From assembly GCA_942492995.1 (NCBI GenBank), contig OW818653.1, positions 660,001-692,000 of the forward strand: a DNA stretch of 32,000 bases, read 5' to 3'. This document shows, piece by piece, positions 25,508 to 32,000 of this stretch; the first letter of the stretch is position 1, and each line of letters begins with the position of its first letter. A model generated the notes under the pieces. It ran no database searches and had not been told where the DNA came from. It was given only the letters and a program-made list of their open reading frames with translations. Origin of the DNA: an uncultured Erysipelotrichaceae bacterium. Lineage in GTDB: Bacteria > Bacillota_I > Bacilli_A > Erysipelotrichales > Erysipelotrichaceae. The translations under genes were made by a program, and so were the position numbers.

Positions 25508-25791
25508 ACTAATTGAATTTTCTTTTTCTCACTTGCTTTATAGATTAAAATACTACGTCCGATAACTTGAACTAACTCACTATGTGTCATCGATACGATA
25601 TCAAGTGCACATTCCATTACAGGAGTTGCGCAAGACTTTAAAACGCTTATTTTGACAAGCTCATGAGCTCTTAGTGAATCCTCCAATGTATCGATAAGAT
25701 TAACACTTATGCCATCTTTTCCTACATTAAAAAGTGGTCTTAATGTATTTCCTAAGCTTTTCAATTGTTTCTTTTGTTTGGTGTTTAACAT
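25504..25791 (-). CDS. yhbY: YhbY/YqeI CRM-domain RNA-binding protein
   Basis: 95 aa. LNTKQKKQLKSLGNTLRPLFNVGKDGIS...HELVKISVL pattern. Confidence 0.87.
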   Translation of the reverse strand: MLNTKQKKQLKSLGNTLRPLFNVGKDGISVNLIDTLEDSLRAHELVKISVLKSCATPVMECALDIVSMTHSELVQVIGRSILIYKASEKKKIQLV

Positions 25792-26825
25792 TATATTAAT
25801 GCCTTTCTTGTGATTACTTGATCAATTAAACTTGTTTTTACTTCTATCATCTCAAACTCACCTTGTAAACAGAACCAACCTAATTGTTTAAAGACTAAAT
25901 CAAATTTATCAAGTTTGTCTGTAATTCTCTTTGTCTTAATATTTTTAGGTAATACTTCTGGATGTTTCTCTAAATATGTTTCAAGGTTATCGTACTTAGT
26001 ACGATGAATTGGTATTTGAGTAGAGAAATAAAGTGTGACGGATGCTTCACCTTTTGGGATTAAACTAATTACGCCTACTCGATCAATAACAAATGATTGC
26101 GCTGAATCTAATTGATATGTCTTAGGTTTAAATGGTGTTTGAATACTGTATTTTTCAAAATCTTCGAAATCTAATGTATCAAAGAAACTATTCTCGATCT
26201 TAATCCCTGGGGTGTCGATAATTGTACCATAATCCCAATCAATTTTATTTAATTCTAATGTTGTATGTGGATATGGAGAAATCGTTAAATGATCTTGTTT
26301 ACCAATCATGGCATTGATTAATGTACTCTTACCCATGTTTGCATAACCTACCGCTATAAGTTGTTTAATTTTTAAACGTTTAATTTGTGTAATTAAGCTT
26401 GTAATACCCAATTGACCTTTATTACTGCTCATCGCAATCCCTACAATATTGATTGGATAATCTCTTAGTTTACTTAATAAATAGGATTCTACTTTTTGTT
26501 TAGATACAGTTTTTGGTAAAAGATCCCATTTAGTTAATACAATAATAAAATCTCTTTGCGCTAAATGACGTTGGATTCCTGTAAACAACCCTGAATCAAT
26601 ATCTGTCACATCAATGACAAGTAAGATTACCCCTTCACATTGATTGACCGCTTCAAAGACTTTATCAGATGAAACCGCATGTTTCTTTAGTGAAGTATAA
26701 TCACCATAATGTTTAATTCGATAACATCGTTTACAGTAGTTAGAATCTAACGAATTTGTATATCCTAATAGGTTAGGATCTGATATTTGTAATTCAATTC
26801 CACAACCAACACATTTATTTGACAT
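25791..26825 (-). CDS. yqeH: Ribosome biogenesis GTPase YqeH
   Basis: N-terminal zinc finger CVGCG...CKRCY and a circularly permuted GTPase (TKWDL before GYANMGKST). Confidence 0.92.
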   Translation of the reverse strand: MSNKCVGCGIELQISDPNLLGYTNSLDSNYCKRCYRIKHYGDYTSLKKHAVSSDKVFEAVNQCEGVILLVIDVTDIDSGLFTGIQRHLAQRDFIIVLTKWDLLPKTVSKQKVESYLLSKLRDYPINIVGIAMSSNKGQLGITSLITQIKRLKIKQLIAVGYANMGKSTLINAMIGKQDHLTISPYPHTTLELNKIDWDYGTIIDTPGIKIENSFFDTLDFEDFEKYSIQTPFKPKTYQLDSAQSFVIDRVGVISLIPKGEASVTLYFSTQIPIHRTKYDNLETYLEKHPEVLPKNIKTKRITDKLDKFDLVFKQLGWFCLQGEFEMIEVKTSLIDQVITRKALI

Positions 26826-27312
26826 TTTCTTGCTCCAATAGTTTATTTTCTATTATTCTAAACAACTTCGTTAACCCGTAATCTTTTCTATTATTCGATT
26901 GGATTAATACGGTATGTATCCCCAATCTTTTCCCTAACCAAATATCTGTAAATAATTGATCTCCGATAACACACGCATTTTGATATTGAATTCGATTTCG
27001 TTTAAGAAATTGATTAACCTTTATTTTAAATGGTTTCAAGGCTAGATTAAAGCCATAACAAGAATATCTTTTTGATAGACGATATGCAACACTTCTCGTG
27101 TTATTTGAACAAATTAAGACCGTTTTACAACTATTTCTAAGATTTCTTAACCACATATCCGTCTTTTCATCGACAATATCTGTTCCTTTAACGACTAATG
27201 TATTATCTACATCAAGTATAATAAAATCAAAATTATGCGATTTTATCCACTCAATGGATATATCAGATACGTTATTTTTAATTAAGTCAGGTTTGAAATA
27301 GTTTTTTAACAT
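26815..27312 (-). CDS. yqeG: YqeG-family HAD phosphatase (subfamily IIIA)
   Basis: MLKNYFKPD N-terminus matches B. subtilis YqeG (MLKKFFLPD) as I recall it. DVDNTLV motif I and GDQLFTDI motif IV. Confidence 0.9.
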   Translation of the reverse strand: MLKNYFKPDLIKNNVSDISIEWIKSHNFDFIILDVDNTLVVKGTDIVDEKTDMWLRNLRNSCKTVLICSNNTRSVAYRLSKRYSCYGFNLALKPFKIKVNQFLKRNRIQYQNACVIGDQLFTDIWLGKRLGIHTVLIQSNNRKDYGLTKLFRIIENKLLEQENVK

Positions 27313-27318
27313 GTCAAC

Positions 27319-27346
27319 ATTATACCATTGAAGTTTTTTGAGTGTA
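27319..27346 (-). promoter_or_regulatory. Extended -10 promoter (TGgTATAAT) ending 6 nt before the yqeG ATG
   Basis: Minus strand reads aTGgTATAATgttgacATG, with no SD sequence. Weak -35 TACACT at 16 nt. Confidence 0.55.
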
Positions 27347-27387
27347 TATTAATACCATTTTTAACTAAATTATGGCAAAATATTTTT

Positions 27388-28050
27388 ATGACTTTAGAAA
27401 AAACACTTATTATTACCCTCGATGATTTTGTATATGACTTCTATTCTATTAAGAAAGATCTATGGGAAAGAATCGCACAAGATAACAAACTTCATTTGCC
27501 TGAACACTTTATTATGTCTTGGTATGATGCTCATTTAGAAAAACGGGAGAAACTTGGACGTGAGCATCCACAACTTGCGCCTTATTTTAACGATGTAGAA
27601 ACTCAATTTCAATCGTATTTACAATCAAATAAAGAATCAATTAAGTTAATCGATAATCATATCGAGCATTTATCTCAGTGGAACAAAATTTACAAACTTG
27701 TTTATTGCACTAATTTAAAAGTAGAATTAATGCGAGATTTATTAAAATCTACAAAATTTCCATTAGACGTCGATATATTAGTTAGTAGTAAACAAGTCTT
27801 AAACGCAAAACCAGAAGGTGACATTTACCTTAAAATTGCACGATTATTAGGTATAAAAGCTAATACATTAACGATCATTGATTCTACGCTCAATGGGATT
27901 CAAGCTTCTTATTTAGCGAATTCAAAAGGGCTATATCTAGCCCAGTTTCATGAAGCAAATTCTACAATTAAGAAATTCGCATATGCACATTTTAAACAAT
28001 CCGAAGAATTAAACCATTATGTTTTGAATCTTATAAATCAAAGTGAATAA
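27388..28050 (+). CDS. HAD-superfamily (subfamily IA-like) protein with a non-canonical motif I (start moved to the ATG at 27388)
   Basis: LIITLDDFVYD (motif I position), VYCTN (motif II), NAKPEGDIY (motif III) and IIDSTLNGIQA (motif IV). The track start at 27328 is a TTG. Confidence 0.65.
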   Translation: MTLEKTLIITLDDFVYDFYSIKKDLWERIAQDNKLHLPEHFIMSWYDAHLEKREKLGREHPQLAPYFNDVETQFQSYLQSNKESIKLIDNHIEHLSQWNKIYKLVYCTNLKVELMRDLLKSTKFPLDVDILVSSKQVLNAKPEGDIYLKIARLLGIKANTLTIIDSTLNGIQASYLANSKGLYLAQFHEANSTIKKFAYAHFKQSEELNHYVLNLINQSE

Positions 28051-30622
28051 ACTCAACATCTCCATGTTGTTCTTCACTATTGGTTTGTTCAACCTCTTCA
28101 CTGATATTTTCATCATTAAGATTTAAACTACTTTGATCATCTAAATTATTAATTAATTCATCTTCAAGATCCAATTTACTTAAAACTGGATCTTTTTTAA
28201 TTACTTCTTTAAAATCAACGATTCTTACTTCTTCAATTGTACGCACTAAGTAGAATGGTTTCTTAGGATCAATAATTTGACTGAAAGTCTGTGTTTTATC
28301 CATAAACGGAACATCTTTTGCCTGTATCCAAATATTTGAATCATGCGTTAATTTTATCTCATCATAGACTTGTACAGCTTGAATAAAGTGAATATTCTGA
28401 GGATTTGATTTAACTTTCTTCGCTACTAATTCACCTTTAGCAGGACGATTAAATTCGTTCAACTCTGCTTGTTTAATGCGTTTCATTAAACCATTCTCAG
28501 TAATGAATAACACGGCATTCTGTTGATTTAAACAACATGCATGCGCAACTTTATCAGTAGAACCTAGATTCATTGCTTTTACACCCTTTGATTTAGGTTG
28601 AGTACTTGGAATCATTTCAAATGTATAACGAACCGTATACCCTTCATGACTTGCGATAATAATTTCATCTTCATGGTATGCCACAAAACTACCCACAATC
28701 TTGTCATTCTTTCCTAAGTTCATCGCATCGTATGTCTTCGATGTTCGTGTTACTTGGAAATCCTTTATCATTGATTTCTTAATAAATCCTTTTTCAGATA
28801 CACTTACAATATAAGCATCTGTATTAAATGACTTAACAAGAACCGCAGAAATAATCTTCGTGTGATCTTCAGTCTTTACATAATTACCGTAATGATTGCC
28901 AATATCTTTCCATTTCATCTCTTCAAGCGTATAAAGTGGAATAATCGCATATGATCCATTATCATTGAACAACAGTAAATTATCATATGTTTCAGCTTCA
29001 CTGATTCCAATCAATTGATCGCCTTCTTTGATTGAAGGTATTATCCCTTCACTTGATTGATATGAACGCATAGAAACACGTTTAATGTATCCATCACGAC
29101 TTACTGTTACAACTGTCTTTTCATTTGGAATCATACTCATCTTATCAATCACTATCTCTTCAACTTCACTTTCAATCTTAGATCTTCTACGTGTATCAAA
29201 CAGTTTGATTACCTCTTGAAGTTCTTTTATAAATACATTATTCAATAAGGTTTCATTCGTAAGAATACCCTTTAAACGTTGCATTTCAACACTTAACTGA
29301 GCTAATTCTTCTTTGATTTCAAGAATATCCGTATTGGTTAAACGATACAATCTTAAACTAACGATTGCCTCAGCTTGTTCATTTGTAAATGCAAATCGCT
29401 CAATTAAATTGTTTTTCGCATCTGATTTATCACTTGATGATCGAATAATTAGAATAACTTCATCTAAAACAGAAATCGCCTTAATTAATCCTTCTAAAAT
29501 ATGTGAACGCTTTTGCATTTCTTCAAACTGATATTTAGAACGACGAATAATAACTTCTTTTCTGAATAATGTAAATGCATCCAACATATCAATAACACTA
29601 CACAAAACAGGTCTTTGATTTACAATCGCAACCATATTGTAGTTGTAGTATATCTGACAATCCGTATTCTTATAGAAATAATTGAGAATCAAATTTGCAT
29701 CCGATTCTTTCTTAATATCAATAACAATTCTTAATCCATTACGATCAGATTCATCTCTGACATCGATTATTCCATCGATTTGTTTATTGATGCGAATATC
29801 ATCCATCTTTTTAACTAAGTTACTCTTTATTACTTCATATGGTATTTCAGTAATAACGATTTGTTGAATCGTTTTACTTTGAATAATCTCTGCTTTAGCA
29901 CGTATAACAACTCTACCTTTACCCGAACTAAATGCATCTAAAATACCCTTTTTACCTTGAACAATTCCACCCGTAGGAAAATCTGGTCCATGCATTATTT
30001 CAAGTAAATCAGCGATTGTACATGTTGGATTGTTTAAACGATAGATACATGCATCAATGACTTCTTTTAAGTTATGTGGAGGAATGTTTGTTGCATAACC
30101 TGCCGCAATACCCGTTGCGCCATTAACTAATAACTGAGGTACAAGTCCTGGTAAAACCGAAGGTTCTGAACTCGTATCATCAAAATTTGGCGTAAAATTA
30201 ACTGTATTTTGATCAATATCCTTTAATAAGAATTGGCCAAATGCAGATAATCGTGCTTCTGTATATCGCATTGCTGCAGCTGGATCATCATCGATTGAAC
30301 CATTATTCCCTTGCATATCAACTAAAGGAATATTCATTTTCCAATATTGACTCAAACGTACCATCGCTTCATAAACACTTGTATCCCCATGTGGATGATA
30401 ATTACCAATTACTAAACCAACTGTTTTCGCCGATTTACGATATGGTTTTTCAGGTGTATTTCCATCCGCATACATTGCATATAAAATACGTCTTTGTACA
30501 GGTTTCAAACCATCACGAACATCCGGTAACGCACGTTCCTGAATAATATACTTTGAATAACGACCAAAACGATCAGCCATTATACTTTCTAATGAATTAT
30601 GGGTAAACTCTAACTTATCCAT
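28031..30622 (-). CDS. parC: DNA topoisomerase IV subunit A (start moved to the ATG at 30622)
   Basis: RALPDVRDGLKPVQRRILY and catalytic AAMRYTEARL. No GyrA-box (QRRGGKG-like) at the start of the C-terminal domain. GAAGGAG SD sequence 7 nt upstream of the ATG at 30622. Follows parE. Confidence 0.9.
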   Translation of the reverse strand: MDKLEFTHNSLESIMADRFGRYSKYIIQERALPDVRDGLKPVQRRILYAMYADGNTPEKPYRKSAKTVGLVIGNYHPHGDTSVYEAMVRLSQYWKMNIPLVDMQGNNGSIDDDPAAAMRYTEARLSAFGQFLLKDIDQNTVNFTPNFDDTSSEPSVLPGLVPQLLVNGATGIAAGYATNIPPHNLKEVIDACIYRLNNPTCTIADLLEIMHGPDFPTGGIVQGKKGILDAFSSGKGRVVIRAKAEIIQSKTIQQIVITEIPYEVIKSNLVKKMDDIRINKQIDGIIDVRDESDRNGLRIVIDIKKESDANLILNYFYKNTDCQIYYNYNMVAIVNQRPVLCSVIDMLDAFTLFRKEVIIRRSKYQFEEMQKRSHILEGLIKAISVLDEVILIIRSSSDKSDAKNNLIERFAFTNEQAEAIVSLRLYRLTNTDILEIKEELAQLSVEMQRLKGILTNETLLNNVFIKELQEVIKLFDTRRRSKIESEVEEIVIDKMSMIPNEKTVVTVSRDGYIKRVSMRSYQSSEGIIPSIKEGDQLIGISEAETYDNLLLFNDNGSYAIIPLYTLEEMKWKDIGNHYGNYVKTEDHTKIISAVLVKSFNTDAYIVSVSEKGFIKKSMIKDFQVTRTSKTYDAMNLGKNDKIVGSFVAYHEDEIIIASHEGYTVRYTFEMIPSTQPKSKGVKAMNLGSTDKVAHACCLNQQNAVLFITENGLMKRIKQAELNEFNRPAKGELVAKKVKSNPQNIHFIQAVQVYDEIKLTHDSNIWIQAKDVPFMDKTQTFSQIIDPKKPFYLVRTIEEVRIVDFKEVIKKDPVLSKLDLEDELINNLDDQSSLNLNDENISEEVEQTNSEEQHGDVEFIHFDL

Positions 30623-32000
30623 GGTTTGACTCCTTCGTAAAATCATCTTCTAGAGTGAAAGCGACATGTTTCTCAATCCAATCACGACGAAGATCAGCTT
30701 TATCACCCATTAACACTGAAACAACTCTTTGTGCAATAAGCGCATCGCCTAAATTTAATTGAATTAAACTTCTCTTACTTGGATCCATCGTAGTTTCCCA
30801 TAATTGATCCGCATTCATTTCACCTAATCCCTTATAACGTTGTATTTCAACTTTGCCCCATTCTTGCATGACTTGTTTTAATTCATCATCCGAATAGAGA
30901 TACTTAAATTGTTTACCCTTACTAACACGATACAAAGGAGGTTGAGCTAGATAAACATACCCATTCTCAATTAACGGTCGCATGTATCGATAGAAAAACG
31001 TTAATAATAAAACTTGTATATGTGCTCCATCTGTATCCGCATCGGTCATAATTATAACCTTATTATAATTCATGTCCTTTATCTCAAAATCACTTCCAAC
31101 ACCTGCACCTAAAGCATGGATTATTGTATTTAATTCTTCATTCTTTTCAATATCAGTAATACTTGCTTTTTCAGTATTTAAAACCTTACCTCTTAGCGGT
31201 AATATTGCTTGTACTTTACTATCTCTACCCTGTTTCGCACTACCACCCGCTGAATCACCTTCTACTAAGAATAACTCAGTTTTACGTACATCTTTAGATT
31301 GACATGGTGATAGTTTACCTGACAATAATCGTTCAGACTTACCATTCTTCTTACCTTTACGTGCATCTTCACGAGCTTTACGTGCTGCTTCACGCGCTTG
31401 CGAAGCACGACTTATTTTCTTTAATATTACATTCGCTAATTCACGATGTTCTTCAAGATAGTAGCTCATCTTTTCACTTACGAAACTATCAACTGCAGCC
31501 TTAGCTTCATTTGTACCAAGTTTGCTCTTAGTTTGACCTTCAAACTGTAATAAATTCTCAGGAATACTTACAGATAGTACCGATGTACATCCTTCACGTA
31601 CATCATTACCTTCAAAGTTTTTATCTTTATCTTTTAATACACCATTTTTACGTGCATAGTCATTAATTACTTTAGTTAATGCGGATTTGTACCCTATTTC
31701 ATGTGTACCACCATCTGATGTACGTACTAGGTTTACAAATGAATAGGTATTTTCTTGATAATCATCGGTATATTGTAAAGCGAATTGAACACCAATTTCG
31801 CCTAAGTTTCCTTCGAAAGTAATTGGTTCATGCATAACAATTCGGTCTTCATTTAAAAACTCGATAAAATTATATAATCCATTATCATAATGAAATACTT
31901 CTGTTTTATTCGCTTTTTCATCTTTTACGGTTAACTTAATACCTTTTAATAAAAATGCACTTTCTTGCGCTCTTTCATTAATTAACTCTGTATCAAACTG
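30615..32000 (-). CDS. parE: DNA topoisomerase IV subunit B; 5' end lies beyond the window end
   Basis: The frame is open from 32000 (QFDTELINERAQESAFLLKGIKLTV...). Toprim EGDSAGG, PLRGKVLNT and IMTDADTDGAHI motifs. 8-nt overlap with parC. Confidence 0.9.
   Translation of the reverse strand, partial: QFDTELINERAQESAFLLKGIKLTVKDEKANKTEVFHYDNGLYNFIEFLNEDRIVMHEPITFEGNLGEIGVQFALQYTDDYQENTYSFVNLVRTSDGGTHEIGYKSALTKVINDYARKNGVLKDKDKNFEGNDVREGCTSVLSVSIPENLLQFEGQTKSKLGTNEAKAAVDSFVSEKMSYYLEEHRELANVILKKISRASQAREAARKAREDARKGKKNGKSERLLSGKLSPCQSKDVRKTELFLVEGDSAGGSAKQGRDSKVQAILPLRGKVLNTEKASITDIEKNEELNTIIHALGAGVGSDFEIKDMNYNKVIIMTDADTDGAHIQVLLLTFFYRYMRPLIENGYVYLAQPPLYRVSKGKQFKYLYSDDELKQVMQEWGKVEIQRYKGLGEMNADQLWETTMDPSKRSLIQLNLGDALIAQRVVSVLMGDKADLRRDWIEKHVAFTLEDDFTKESNHG

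Noticed and set aside
1-32000. Possibility that this is a Mollicutes-type genome reading TGA as Trp
   Set aside because: TGA terminates gpsB, nth and yhbY at lengths matching their homologues. The window also encodes a full peptidoglycan and divisome set (class A PBP, GpsB, RodZ, TseB-like protein), which indicates a walled organism using the standard code.
28031-32000. Alternative call of gyrB-gyrA for the type IIA topoisomerase pair
   Set aside because: The A subunit lacks a GyrA-box at the start of its C-terminal domain. The locus is not in a dnaA-dnaN-recF context. The parE-parC call is kept, but it needs confirmation by finding the true gyrase pair elsewhere.

Overview
This is a visibly AT-rich, very gene-dense stretch of core chromosome from a cell-walled low-GC Bacillota organism. 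It uses the standard code: TGA ends gpsB, nth and yhbY at lengths that match their homologues. Most genes are on the minus strand, and many start and stop codons overlap (TAATG, ATGA). As far as I recall Bacillus subtilis gene order, nearly every gene falls in a block syntenic with it. The blocks are a NupNOPQ-like BMP-lipoprotein ABC transporter; rnj-ftsK; miaB; rodZ-pgsA-cinA(PncC)-recA-rny-ymdB; gpsB-rnpB; recU-ponA converging on nth-dnaD-ypmB/tseB-like; yqeG-yqeH-yhbY-nadD/yqeK-rsfS-yqeM followed by mtnN and a DedA-family gene; and parE-parC. Three items are absent from the ORF track: a type B RNase P RNA (minus strand, about 15618..15953), a 58-aa 2x[4Fe-4S] ferredoxin with a GTG start (9915..10091), and a partial permease gene at the window start. 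Several track ORFs carry spurious N-terminal extensions from alternative start codons, and I corrected these. I found no mobile elements, CRISPR arrays, defence or toxin-like genes, tandem repeats or long unexplained non-coding DNA. I therefore do not claim a novel system here. The findings are modest: two apparently leaderless operon starts (TGGTATAAT-N6-ATG), an RNase J homologue with a degenerate metal-binding motif, a NadD-YqeK fusion, PASTA-like repeats at the end of a class A PBP, a thioredoxin-like protein and a HAD-like protein with degenerate active-site motifs, and some unusual terminator and promoter arrangements.
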